DNA of 64,000 nucleotides, taken from NCBI GenBank assembly GCA_002269645.1, contig NIVC01000538.1, positions 372,001 through 436,000 on the forward strand, given 5' to 3'. The DNA is from Macrostomum lignano (taxonomy: Eukaryota). A program made the position numbers and the translations under genes. Below the pieces are notes generated by a model, which ran no database searches, had not been told where the DNA came from, and was given only the letters and a program-made list of their open reading frames with translations. Within the stretch, counting starts at the first letter, position 1. Each line of letters begins with the position of its first letter. Below, in pieces: positions 11,209 through 22,900 of this stretch.

Positions 11209-14200
11209 GGCAGACAGACAGGCAGACAGACATGCCAGACAGACCTTCCATCAATTTAGCTGCGGTTAAAAGCTCACTGTTTTACGACATTGAAACTGGC
11301 CAGCTTTGTGGGAAATTCTCCCTGTCCTTCACTTTCACGGTCGGTGTCGCATCGGCCTGGAGCCGATTCATTCTATTCCTCCACGACCTCATTCTCCTCT
11401 TCATCTCTCCCCGGCTCTCCCACACTGCACCCCGCAGGTCAGACAGGCGAGTTCGGCGGTCGCTACGAGGTCGTGGAGAGCGCCTCCGGGGAGCACGGCA
11501 TCCTGCAGGTCTGCATGCAGGGCATCGGCCTGGCCTTCGACAGCACCAAGGTTTGTCCGGGTCATCTGGCAGTTTGCTGAAGTTCCATTTTCTCCATTGT
11601 GTCCCTTCTGCCCCTGAACTCTCGCACAGCCTCCGGTCTCTCAATCTGGGCCTCTCATTCTTCAGTCTGCACCTCAAGTTCTTTAGTCTACACCACAGAT
11701 TCTAAAATACCAGATGGGCCACTCAGGCATATATACTCAGTAAAACAGCTTTCTACTTTCAGTTCAGTAGCAAAAAAGAAAACGTAAGCTATTTTTCAAA
11801 AATTAAGGCAGCTGAAATGACTTTGATAAGTTTAGAAGCCCAAGCTTGCAGGCGGAAACAACTTGCTAATTGGTTCAGCAGTAATGTACATTAGCCAGTC
11901 CACTGAAATGTACATGGCAGCTTTAGGCTGGAATTCTGAGGAAGGCAATAAAAAATGGGGTGGGGCGGGGGTAGTGTGGGAAGGCGCGATTGGAGGGTTT
12001 GAGGGGGGGTAAGAGCCAATAAATGAGCGCTGGCTTGTAAAATGCATTAAAATGCTTCAGTTTAACTTACTACTGAACTGAAAGTAGCTTATACGCAAAT
12101 GTGCTGAGTGGGCCATCTAGTTATTCTACCTCCGAATTACAAATTTATTTTAATGAGTATTTATATTTCAAATATATCATTTCGAATTACTATTAAACTG
12201 CAAGCTGTACTAATAGTAGTGTCCAACATGAACCTTATTTTTTGTTAATCCAGGAACCCGAGGTGCGTAAGCTTCTGTGTCTCTATTAAGATAGACGTTA
12301 GTCAAACTGTTATTGAAAGTTCATTTGGCTCTTTTTAAATATTAACTATTCGTTGTGTTTTTTTTTAGTTTTTGTCGTTTTTCACCCCTGATAAGTGTTG
12401 CTTATTAAATTCATTTTGATATAGTCACACAGTTTGATATTTATTTATGGAACTTTAAATTATAACAATTTTTCTTAATCTATCTGCACAGAAGCAAAGT
12501 ACAGGTGTAGATCAAGTTTAATAACCTGCACCGCACTTAATAATCATATCTTCAGTTTAATCAAAGCATTTTCTATATAATTAGGCAGCACAAAATTTAT
12601 ACAGGGGATTTAACAAGTTTTACGTTAGCTTCTGGTTCTGTTAATATTTTTTGCTCTGTAGATGGCATATTGATGTGTTCTGTAGACATGATCTATAGAT
12701 CTAATTTATTAGTGTTTTCTGTAGACATGATCTATAGATCTAATTTATTAGTGTATTCTGTAGACATGAGCTATAGATCTAATCTATCGGTAATCAGTAG
12801 ACATGATCTATAGATCTAATTTATTAGTGTGTTCTGTAGACATGATCTATAGATCTAATTTATTAGTGTATTCTGTAGACATGAGCTATAGATCTAATCT
12901 ATCGGTAATCAGTAGACATGATCTATAGATCTAATTTATTAGTGTGTTCTGTAGACATGATCTATAGATCTAATTTATTAGTGTGTTCTGTAGACATGAT
13001 CTATAGATATAATCTATTAGTGTGTTCTGTAGACATGATCTATAGATCTAATTTATCGGTATTCTGTAGACATGATCTATAGATTTAATTTATTAGTGTG
13101 TTCTGTAGACATGATCTATAGATATAATCTATTAGTGTGTTCTGTAGACATGATCTATAGATCTAATCTATCGGTATTTTCTGTAGACATGATCTATAGA
13201 TCTAATTTATTAGTGTTTTCTGTAGACATGATCTATAGATCTAATCTATCGGTATGTTCTGTAGACATAATCTATAGATCTAATTTATTAGTGTTTTCTG
13301 TAGACATGATCTATAGATCTAATCTATCGGTATGTTCTGTAGACATGATCTATAGATCTAATTTATTAGTGTGTTCTGTAGACATGCGCTATAGATCTAA
13401 TCTATCGGTATTCTGTAGACATGATCTATAGATCTAATCTATCGGTATTCTGTAGACATGATCTATAGATCTAATCTATCGGTATGTTCTGTAGACATGA
13501 TCTATAGATCTAATCTATCGGTATGTTCTGTAGACTTGATCTATAGATCTAATCTATCGGTACGTTCTGTAGACATGATCTATAGATCTAATCTATCGGT
13601 ATGTTCTGTAGACTTGATCTATAGATCTAATCTATCGGTACGTTCTGTAGACATGATCTATAGATCTAATCTATCGGTATGTTCTATAGACATAAGCTAT
13701 AGATCTAATCTATCGGTATGTTCTGTAGACATGATCTATAGATCTAATTTATCGGTATGTTCTGTAGACGATCTATAGATCTAATTTATTAGTGTGTTCT
13801 GTAGACATGAGCTATAGATCTAATCTATCGGTATTCTGTAGACATGATCTATAGATCTAATCTACCGGTATGTTCTGTAGACGATCTATAGATCCGTCTG
13901 ATCTATACTGATAGATCTATAAACGGACGTATTGGCTTGTCTCGAACTTGTCACTAACTAATGTATAGATTACTATCTGTATAGTGTACTTTAGTATATT
14001 ATGTACTAACATAACTAACCTCTCCTCTCTCGCCCGCCTCAACAACATTAAAGTCGTTCATTGAAATGTCCTGCATTAAGCGCTGCTTTGTACAGCAGGG
14101 CCAGTTTATAATTGAAATGACAGGTAATCTGTTTTATAACTCTCTCAGATTCAATAGTTCAATTGAAGCAGCGCTTTATTAACATAAATTAATCAATATT

Positions 14201-16940
14201 GGTGTCGGTTGAGCACTTGGCGTTTTTCTAAGCATGACTTGCACAGCGACTGTGCTGTTCGTGACTTTTAGCTTTGTGATATAATAATTAGCCATTAATA
14301 ATATTGCGTCATGGACTTCAAGTCCGATATCTGACTTGCAGTAAATTAATTTGCGAGTGCAAGGAATTGGATCTTTAACTGGACTGCTAATTGGATTGCA
14401 CATCAGCTTTTTCATTAATGTTCAAGACACTGTGAACTGTTTGATGTCTTACACCTGGCAAACAGTTGTTCGTCTGCTGATAATTAGAATTAATTTAACC
14501 TGCGTTTAATTTTTAAACATGCTCGTAAATTATAATTAGATAGGATATAGTGAGGCACATTTTAAAATTTACAATATCACTGAGTTACAAAAATAACGCT
14601 CTGAATTATCTCAAAATGTCACTGTGAATCTCAAAATGTCACTGTGAATCTCAAAATGTCACTGTGAATCTCAAAATGGCACTGTGAATCTCAAAATGGC
14701 ACTGTGAATCTCCAAGTGTCACTGTGAATCTCAAAATGGCACTGTGAATCTCAGAATATCACTGTGAATATCAGAATGTCACTATGAATCTTAGAATGTC
14801 ATTGTTAATCTCAAAATGTCACTGTGAATCTTAGAATGTCATTTTTAATCTCAAAATAGCACTGTGAATCTCAAAATGTCACTGTGAATCTCAGAATGTC
14901 ATTGTTAATCTTAAACTGGCACTGTGAATCTAAAACTGGGACTGTAAATCTCAGAATGTCACTGTGAATATCAGAATGTCACTGTGAATCTCGAACTGGC
15001 ACTGTGAATCTTAGAATGTCAGAATGTCACTGTGAATCTTAGAATGTCATTGTTAATCTCAAAATGGCACTGTGAATCTTAGAATGTCATTTTTAATCTC
15101 AAAATGGCACTGTGAATCTTAGAATGTCATTTTTAATCTCAAAATGTCACTGAGAATTGTCAATTGTTAATTTTAAACTGGCACTGTGAATCTAAAACTG
15201 GGACTGTGAATCTCAGAATGTCACTGTGAATCTCAGAATGTCACTGTGAATCTCAGAATGTCACTGTGAATCTCAGAATGTCACTGTGAATCTCAGAATG
15301 TCACTGTGAATCTCAGAATGTTATTGTGAATCTTGAAGTGTCACTGTGAATCTCAAAAGGGCACTGTGAATCTCAGAATGTCATTGTGAATCTCGAACTG
15401 GCACTGTGAATCTAAAACTGGGACTGTGAATCTCAGAATGCCCACTGAATCTCAAAAGGGCGCCCTGAATTGAGAAACTAAGTAAGTAAGTCCTAAGTAT
15501 TTTTGTAAATTCCATTTCCAAATTTTAAATGATTTATAAAATTTAAGATTATTAAAATTGGCACTTTGCACCGAATCTTTGCGTCGTGAACTAAATAGTG
15601 TCAAGATATCATTAGCAGGAAAATAATAGAAAACAATGATGCACTTTAAACACGAATTTCAGATCCTGGATCTCGCCAAATCAAACAAATGAAGTTTCAA
15701 TCGCAAAAAGTGAGTCATTTGCAATCTTAAATGTATATATAGTTGTGTGATTGGCGTCGTCTTCATTTGTTACTCATAGTAGCCAGAATTGAACTTTCCT
15801 ATTGAATTGAATATTCCTGCACTGTCCCAGGTGTCCAGTCTTCTCTTCCTGTTTCATCGGGCCGTATCTGTGGCTGTTCACAGCAGACTCATGATTTGAT
15901 TGCCGTGTTGTGGTTGTAGACATTCTCCACTCTGTTTGGACACCCCCTTCCCCCCGAGTGATTAGAGTCACGCTTCAGAGTAGTAGTTGCAGGTGGCACA
16001 GGTAAAGTAGGTAGGAAGTGACTCTAAACGACTTAAAAAAACGACCAGATGTCGCGGTACAAGTCGCCAAAAAGTGGTCGAAGAGTCGCTCAAGAACCAC
16101 TTGCACTCGAACTAGCCTACTTAGTAAGTAGAAAGTTAGGCGCTAACAAAAATATTCTTGGATGTCTCTTTCGCGACTCTTTTCCGATTCTGCAACTCAG
16201 AGTCACAAGAGTCTCTAGAGTCACTAGTTTGTTGTTTGCAGCATCAATTGGTTGAGTCAGTTTGTCATGCTGCTTGTCAAATTGGGGTGATCGCGTATCG
16301 ATTCTTTCCGTGTATGGCGTGTTGCGCATTAATTAGAACTTCTAGCATAATGGTAGCTCTGCTGGCAGCATTCGTATTTTTCAATCTGCTGCGTTTTTGC
16401 AGTTTTTGTTAACCTGGCTTACATAACCTTTTTGAGACTCCCTTATCATTTTAGTCTTAGTGCATTAAGTATAATTTCTTCTAATTTTATAACTTATGCT
16501 TTGAATTAGCATTTAATTGATAAACAAAATAAAAGTCAACATTCTCGATTAAATGTATCGTGAAAGACTTATAACCGATATGTATCGAAAATATCCTCCT
16601 TAATACCTTCTGGTCAATATGTATCGAAAAATGTCATTCTCCTTGATTTTTTCTAGCCGATGTATCGAAAATTTCATTCTTCTTGATGTCTTCTTGCCGA
16701 TATGTATCGAAAATATCCTCCTTGACATCTTCTAGCCGATATATATCGGAAATTTCATTCTCCTTGATACAATCTGGCCGATATGTATCGAAACAATATT
16801 ATAAGACGTAAATTCTTGTCTTCGCGCCGTAGGCGGATCAGATTTGCTACACAGTGCTGTGCGTGTTCTCCTGTCTGGCAGCGGGGACCGCCTCGCCATC
16901 TGCGTTGGAAGAGCGGCGGACCGCTATTCAAGACGGCTGA
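1186..16940 (+). CDS. MADD: MAP kinase-activating death domain protein / Rab3-Rab27 GEF (DENN/MADD), 3' part; 5' exons lie upstream of the window
   Basis: Phase-consistent GT-AG exons: 1186-1478, 1954-2325, 3823-3919, 4098-4292, 8337-8734, 9468-9652, 10440-11044, 11438-11550, 12254-12262 (microexon), 14054-14123, 15663-15709, 16833-16940 (TGA). Recognised motifs: [98 protein letters not shown]. Exons 3823-3919 and 4098-4292 are low-complexity and rest mainly on phase compatibility. Confidence 0.93.
1731..1886. mobile_element. Foldback / MITE-like perfect inverted repeat (63-bp arms, 30-bp spacer)
   Basis: 1731-1793 is the exact reverse complement of 1824-1886. The spacer holds the palindrome AGTCACGTGACT. 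No clear TSD was found. Confidence 0.7.
2660..3426 (+). pseudogene. Degenerate, internally deleted hAT-like transposase remnant in a MADD intron
   Basis: Frameshifted fragments [41 protein letters not shown], then [19 protein letters not shown], and a Lys/Glu-rich C-terminus. These resemble hAT/ZBED-type transposases (recognised from memory, not searched). Confidence 0.5.
4530..4905. repeat. ~65-69-bp tandem repeat, about 6 copies
   Basis: GAGCTCCCCCAGAGAGGGTCAGTGTGCTAGTCCACTATACTAAATC..GAACTAGTTGTTAATT repeated head-to-tail, with no spacers. Confidence 0.9.
5498..5662. repeat. 40-bp tandem repeat, about 4 copies
   Basis: GAGGGTCTCTTGTACACCATCGGGGGTGTTTGTAGGCTCA units. Confidence 0.85.
6085..6376. 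repeat. 20/21-bp array CCATTACCCTAAATCCCACA (contains a TTTAGGG motif on the - strand), left copy
   Basis: Directly visible tandem units ending at the LINE 3' tail. Confidence 0.9.
6377..7736 (-). mobile_element. 5'-truncated non-LTR retrotransposon (I/Loa/R1-like) with RNase H and C-terminal CCHC knuckle; (TAAG)n 3' tail
   Basis: The minus-strand ORF is open from ~7736 to 6470. It contains [24 protein letters not shown], RNase H motifs FTDGS, AEICAI, YTDSQ and [19 protein letters not shown], and [18 protein letters not shown]. The tail appears as (CTTA)n at 6377-6392 on the + strand. Confidence 0.92.
7803..8330. repeat. 20/21-bp array CCATTACCCTAAATCCCACA, right copy, running up to a MADD acceptor
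   Basis: Same unit as 6085-6376; ends at CCCACAG|G 8336. Confidence 0.9.
8760..9403. mobile_element. Non-autonomous hAT-type element (MITE) carrying an internal 21-bp tandem array
   Basis: 14-bp TIRs CAGGGGCGTCGCCA (8760-8773) and TGGCGACGCCCCTG (9390-9403). 8-bp TSD ATGTCGAA (8752-8759) / GTGTCGAA (9404-9411), 7/8 match. Internal array of TTTTGGCGCCGCAGGCACTCA at ~8872-9265. Confidence 0.8.
9690..10390. repeat. 20-bp minisatellite GCGGATTAGAAAGGAAGGGA filling a MADD intron
   Basis: Directly visible tandem units. Confidence 0.92.
11062..11232. repeat. (GACA)n microsatellite
   Basis: Directly visible. Confidence 0.95.
12254..12262 (+). CDS. MADD: 9-nt microexon (GAACCCGAG, Glu-Pro-Glu) of MADD
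   Basis: TACTAAT branch-like motif at 12208-12214, T-rich tract, CAG acceptor at 12251-12253, GTGCGT donor at 12263. It is phase 0/0 and lies between exons ending ...FDSTK and starting SFIEM. Confidence 0.65.
12675..13895. repeat. ~39-bp minisatellite with palindromic core GATCTATAGATC
   Basis: CTGTAGACATGATCTATAGATCTAATCTATCGGTATGTT and variants in tandem. Confidence 0.92.
14610..15470. repeat. 20-bp minisatellite AAAATGTCACTGTGAATCTC
   Basis: Directly visible tandem units with variants. Confidence 0.9.
16535..16795. repeat. Degenerate ~40-bp repeat (CCGATATGTATCGAAAAT..TCCTTGA) in the last MADD intron
   Basis: The ATGTATCGAAAA motif recurs at about 40-bp spacing. Confidence 0.7.
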
Positions 16941-17044
16941 GCGCCGCCGTTTCACTGCAGACAAAACATATACCACTGTTGTTGTGCGCTATCGTTTAAT
17001 GTTGTTGTAGTTTTGTACTTTCTTCGCTTGTGTGATTTTGCTTT

Positions 17045-17050
17045 AATAAA
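17045..17050 (+). other. Polyadenylation signal of MADD
   Basis: AATAAA about 105 nt after the MADD stop codon, followed by T-rich sequence. Confidence 0.6.
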
Positions 17051-17147
17051 AATTTCTGTTTTCGAATGTTTTTAAATCAAAATTAACCAGCTCGACCGCT
17101 TGCTGCCCCTCATTCGATTTTTTTTGCTTTAACATCCGCCTCACTCC

Positions 17148-17430
17148 GCCACCCACCTCACTCCGCCACCCACCTCATTCCGCCACCCACCTCATTCCAC
17201 CAATCACCTCACTCCGCCACCCACCTCACTCCACCAATCACCTCACTCCGCCACCCACCTCACTCCGCCACCCACCTCATTCCGCCACCCACCTCACTCC
17301 GCCACCCACCTCACTCCACCAATCACCTCACTCCGCCACCCACCTCACTCCACCAATCACCTCACTCCGCTAACCACCTCACTCCGCCACCCACCTCACT
17401 CAGCTAACCACCTACCAGCTAACCACCCAC
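17148..17430. repeat. 17-bp array CCGCCACCCACCTCACT
   Basis: Directly visible. Confidence 0.85.
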
Positions 17431-18177
17431 CTCAAGTGTTCGAATGAGTTTGGCAGCTAGTTTGAGTTGGCCATAAATAATTTCAGCTACTTTACTCCAG
17501 ACTCCCGAGCCGCCCATAATTGTAATGGCCACCTAGTCTTGTTGCACACTCACTAGCAACATTCAAATAGTTGTTATTTTTGGCATTTTGTTTATAATTT
17601 TTGTGCTAATTGTCTTTATTTTTGGCTTGCGTCAGTCGGAGTTGAAGCAGCTGATTCCGTAGTTGAAAGAGTAGTGCTTCGGCTCTGGTCTCAGCCCTTA
17701 CTGCAGTATCCTTGAACAGCTGACTTGGCACTAGAAAATTTGCTTTTTGAATTCCAACAGCCTAATTTTCATTTTTATTGCATAATAATTTGCTCTTGAA
17801 TATTTCTGCAAGTTCCGTACTTTTATTTTGTGATACTTTTTCATATATATTAATTGATTTATTTATTCATTTCTGAGCACAATATTAGACAGAATGTTTC
17901 TATTATTATAGTAGTATATTCGCATATTCAGCATTAGACTTCAGCTTAGAAGCTATATCATATATATTAGTAAGATTCTGACCACCATTAGATGCTCTTC
18001 CCGTGCACGCTGATTAGAATTCTGATTTTTATACAGCCTAGTTTTCCCTTGCTCTACTGACAGTAGTCTGATTTGCGTGTTGTAAAAATATATTGCTTTT
18101 TTCCAATATTCTTGTAACTAATTATTAAAAAACAAGGGTTAAAATATTAATTTTGCCAGTAATTAATTTAATTACCC

Positions 18178-18400
18178 ACCCAACCTCCCCACTCAGCTGC
18201 CCAACCACCCCACTCCGCTAGCCAACCACCCCACTCCGCTGGCCAACCACCCCAATCCGCTGGCCAACCACCTCACTCCGCTTCTCAACCACCCCACTCC
18301 GCTGGCCAACCACCTCACTCCGCTTCTCAACCACCCCACTCCGCTGGCCAACCACCCCACTCCGCTTCTCAACCACCCCACTCCGCTGCCCAACCCACAC
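18178..18400. repeat. 21-bp array CAACCACCCCACTCCGCTGGC
   Basis: Directly visible. Confidence 0.85.
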
Positions 18401-18875
18401 TGCACCGCATTCGTTGGATTCGTTAAAGTTTTGTCAGTTTTTTGTTTGAGTCATATTTTCGAGTATTTCTGTTTTCGCTCCCTCGTCAGTGAGATCATTG
18501 CACGCGCGCCCCGTGGTATTGCCGGATGCAAAATTAAATACACAGGCAGTGTCTGAATTAGCTACCATAGCTTAGACTTGCTGATTCTTCAGGCTTTTCA
18601 TTCAGTTTAGTCTAAAAACATTTTTATCTGTGCTCTCTTAAAACTTGTTGACTTAGTCATTTGGTGTAGACTGGATTAAATGTATATTTCTACGATTAGC
18701 AAAAAGTGTAAAAACACAAATTAATACTTTGGTCTACGAATGTAGAGTGCAAAATAAAAATAGAAAATTTTGAGTTGCATGCAATCTAAAAACTGGTTGA
18801 GAGATTTGCCAGCACATGGCTAAATATTATGCTTTCAGTGTATCATCACTGTGCGGGTCACTCAGTGTATATCTG

Positions 18876-19885
18876 ACAGGTCACTCTGCCATTCACCTTA
18901 CAGGTCACTCTGCCATTCACCTTACAGGTCATTCTGCCATTCACCTTACAGGTCACTCTGCCATTCACCTTACAGGTCACTCTGCCATTCACCTTACAGG
19001 TCACTCTGCCATTCACCTTACAGGTCATTCTGCCATTCACCTTACAGGTCACTCTGCCATTCACCTTACAGGTCACTCTGCCATTCACCTTACAGGTCAC
19101 TCTGCCATTCACCTTACAGGTCACTCTGCCATTCACCTTACAGGTCACTCTGCCATTCACCTTACTAGTCACTCTGCCTTTCACCTTAAAGTTCAGTCTC
19201 CCATTCACCTTACAGGTCACTCTGCCATTCACCTAACAGGTCACTCTGCCATTCACCTAACAGGTCACTCTGCCATTCACCTTACAGTTCAGTCTGCCAT
19301 TCACCTTACAGGTCACTCTGCCATTCACCTAACAGGTCACTCTGCCATTCACCTAACAGGTCACTCTGCCATTCACCTTACAGTTCAGTCTCCCATTCAC
19401 CTTACAGGTCACTCTGCCATTCACCTAACAGGTCACTCTGCCATTCACCTAACAGGTCACTCTGCCATTCACCTTACAGTTCAGTCTCCCATTCACCTTA
19501 CAGGTCACTCTGCCATTCACCTAACAGGTCACTCTGCCATTCACCTAACAGGTCACTCTGCCATTCACCTGGTCACTCTGCCATTCACCTTACAGTTCAC
19601 TCTGCCCTTCACCTTACTGGTCACTCTGCCATTCACCTTACAGGTCACTCTGCCATTCACCTGGTCACTCTGCCATTCACCTTACAGTTCACTCTGCCAT
19701 TCACCTTACTGGTCACTCTGCCATTCACCTTACAGGTCACTCTGCCATTCACCTAACTAGTCACTCTGCCATTCACCTAGCAGGTCGATCTGCCATTCAC
19801 CTTACTGGTCACTCTGCCATTCACCTTACAGTTCACTCTCCCATTCACCTTACAGGTCACTCTGCCATTCACCTTACAGGTCGCT
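18876..19885. repeat. 24-bp minisatellite AGGTCACTCTGCCATTCACCTTAC
   Basis: Directly visible; explains the LTGHSAIH pseudo-ORF. Confidence 0.93.
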
Positions 19886-20164
19886 GTGCCACTCCTGTGA
19901 CTGATTACAACACGTATTGCATCTAACTACTTCAACTCTTAACAAAATGCTAATAATATTGTAAAAAGAGCTTTGAAACTGAGAATTTCTTAGTATTTGC
20001 GTATCTACGCATCAACAGAAAACATTAAAAACAAAAAACTGTGAAAACCTACTGGAGTCTAACTGAGTATTAAGTATAAAAAATCTATTGCTAAAAGTAT
20101 GAGCTATTTCTATAGACTAGTGTGGGCCAGGTGCTGCTTCGAGTTTATTTATAACATCGTTAAG

Positions 20165-22896
20165 CTATTCGGAACCGCTGTTGCTAATCGGTTGCGAGGC
20201 CAGTAGTTCCCGTCTGCCCAGCGGCATCAAGTGTCGAAAATTGTCCACAGCCTTGCCCGGCTGGTTGCCGCGGTTGCTCTCCAGGCTGCGCAGCGCCTGC
20301 AGCTGTAGGGTGTTGCTGCTTTATGCTGATTGGCTGCTGCGATTCCTGCTACATACAAACTGCTCTCTGCTGATTGGCTGCTGGGATTCCAGTTAAATGC
20401 AAACTGCTCTCTGTTGATTGGCTGTTGGGATTCCCACTAGGTAAAAACTGCTCTTTGCTGATTGGCTGCTGCGATTCCCGTTAAATACAAACTGCTCTCT
20501 GTTGATTGGCTGCTGGGATTCCCACTAGGTAAAAACTGCTCTCTGTTGATTGGCTGCTGGGAGTCTCGTTAAATACAAACTGCTCTTTGCTGATTGGCTG
20601 CTGCGATTCCCGTTAAATACAAACTGCTCTCTGTTGATTGGCTGCTGGGATTTCCACTAAATACAAACTGCTCTCTGTTGATTGGCTGCTGGGAGTCTCG
20701 TTAAATACAAACTGCTCTCTGTTGATTGGCTGCTGCAATTCCCGCTAAATACAAACCTGCTCTCTACTGATGCTGATTGGCTCCTTAAAGACAATCCATC
20801 GCACAGACTCAAAGCACGGAGGCGTGGTCAGCGAGCCAGCATAGGTGAAATAATCATTGGCGCTGCTCGGCATGAGGGCGCTCAGGTTCACTGGCGCGGT
20901 CAGGGTCACGTCGGTTGAGCCGGCCTCCCTAATGTCGCCGAAGTTGTCCAGAATCTGGCCCAGCTCTTGGTTGGCTCGGCCAACCTGAAAATCGAGCCAG
21001 GGATTGTCTCGCCATTTATTGCGATCATTTGAAGTTCTCTTTGTGCTTGAATTGACTGTTTCTCACTTAGTTTATGTTTATCAAACACAGCATTTGCTTT
21101 TGCAAGCTTTATGCAATTTTCACCTACATGCAGTTCAAGCGGAGATCCACAATCTAGAGGCACAATCTTAGTTTACTAGCAAAAACAGAAGTTTCTTACG
21201 AATTCTTAGAAAACCACTTTTGAACTGGCGCGAAAATTAAATTTAACGAGCCTGATCATAACACACATTTGTATAATAAAGAAATTCAATTTATACTGGT
21301 ACAATTAGTATGTCAGGAAATATAGGTGTATTTAATTTAAAGCTTTATTTCTAACTTCTGACCATGCAACTACTTACTGCTTTTATAGTTGTCAGTAGTA
21401 TATATCGCTCTTAGTTTCTCACCTCAACGAACACGGCCAGCACCGCCAGTCGATCGCCGGAGCTGGCCGACGCGGCCGCGTCGAAGCTGGCGTGACTGCC
21501 GCGGCACCAGTGGACCAAGTGCAGCTCAGCCGGGTACAGCCGGCCGTTGAGCACGTGCTCGCTGCCTGACGTGTCGCAGGCGCCCCAGTGCATGTGGAAC
21601 TGGGCGAAGTCGTGCACCGCTTCCAGTGGACCGCCTTCGATCTCTGGGAGGGGATGGAGATTGAAGTACAGCGGCAGTGGTGTGCAATGGTGATGGTGAA
21701 TGGATGATGGCATACATCATGTACATACAATGGTGTATGCAGTATGTGTACAGAGTAAAGCGAGAGTAGAGATTAAAGGGAGGGGTTGAAAGTAAAGAGA
21801 GGAGTAGAGAGAAGATGGAGGAGTAGAGAGTAGAAGGAGGAGTATAGAGTAGAGGGAGGAGTAAAGAGTAGAGGGAGGAGTAGAAAGTAGAGGGAGGAGT
21901 GTAAAGACTAAAGGGAGAAGTATAGAGAGTAGAGGGAGGAGTGTAGAGAGTAGAGGCCGAGGAGTATAGAGAGTAGAGGGAGGAGTGTAGAGAGTAGAGG
22001 CCGAGGAGTATAGAGAGTAGAGGGAGGAGTGTAGAGAGTAGAGGCCGAGGAGTATAGAGAGTAGAGGGAGGAGTAGAGAGGGAGGGTGGAGATTCCGGAA
22101 CACATGTACTTTTATCTTAGCGGATTCCGCAATCCCGCAGCTACAACAGGGCAACCCATGATCGATGGGCAAGCGACAGAAACTGGCTGACCGACTCGGC
22201 GGATTGCAGCTCCTGAGTGCGCCAGCTAGCTGCACTTTCACGAGTACTTGGAAACTGCTCACTCGCTCTCTCAGTCACGATGGCCTGAATTGAACTCGAG
22301 GCGGAGGCAGAATCGAATTTTGAACTGGGTGGCGGAGTGGGAATTCCAGTAGGGTCTGCGCGCTCGGCGTGAGGAGTTTCAGCGGGGGACGGAGTGGCGA
22401 ACGGGTGCAGTAGAGGGAGATAAGTGAGGAGAGTAGACGGGAGAGTAGATGAAAGAGTATAGGGGAGAGAAGAGGGGAGAGTATATATGAGAGTAAATGA
22501 TAAAGTAAAGGGGAGATAGACGGGAGACAGCAGGGTGATCATATCCGGAGCAGATGCATGGAAACATGGGATTTAAACAACCAAATTAAAAAAATCCTCA
22601 TTCGCGCCCAGCCCAGGCGGTCAGCGGTATCTCAACTCACGCGCTGCAGCCGTCCCGACATGGTCGGCGGCGGCGCTGACCTGGAAGCCGACGCCGGTGT
22701 TGCTCAGCCGGCAGCCAGCGAGCGGCGGCTGCCGCAGCGTCAGCGGCCGGGCCGCCAGCTCCGGCGAGTAGACAGCCCGCTGGGACTGGATGTGCACCGG
22801 CGACTGCAGGCTGCCCGCCGCCAAGGGAAAATGCCGGCTCCATGTGTGCGGGCCTGCGGGCAGCGACTGCGAGCTGCAGCTTCTGCTCTGGCCTGC
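20165..22896 (-). CDS. Alpha-carbonic anhydrase (5' exon or exons unresolved)
   Basis: Exons on the minus strand: 22896-22641, 21643-21423, 20984-20757, 20302-20165 (TAG), phases consistent. Motifs: [40 protein letters not shown] (three Zn-His), [36 protein letters not shown] on the - strand at 20149-20144. Confidence 0.93.
20310..20756. repeat. ~44-bp intronic repeat resembling the adjacent carbonic anhydrase exon end and donor site
   Basis: Unit on the - strand is CAGCCAATCAACAGAGAGCAGTTTGTATTTAACGGGAATCCCAG, against the exon end GAGCCAATCAGCATCAGTAGAGAGCAG|GTTTGTATTT. Confidence 0.85.
21745..22085. repeat. GA-rich low-complexity repeat (GAGAGTAGAGGGAGGAGTATA-like)
   Basis: Directly visible. 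Confidence 0.85.
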
Positions 22897-22900
22897 CTGC

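Noticed and set aside
22090-22410. GC-rich unique segment inside a carbonic anhydrase intron as a cryptic exon or nested gene
   Set aside because: There is no recognisable homology, and I could not establish frame-compatible splice sites.
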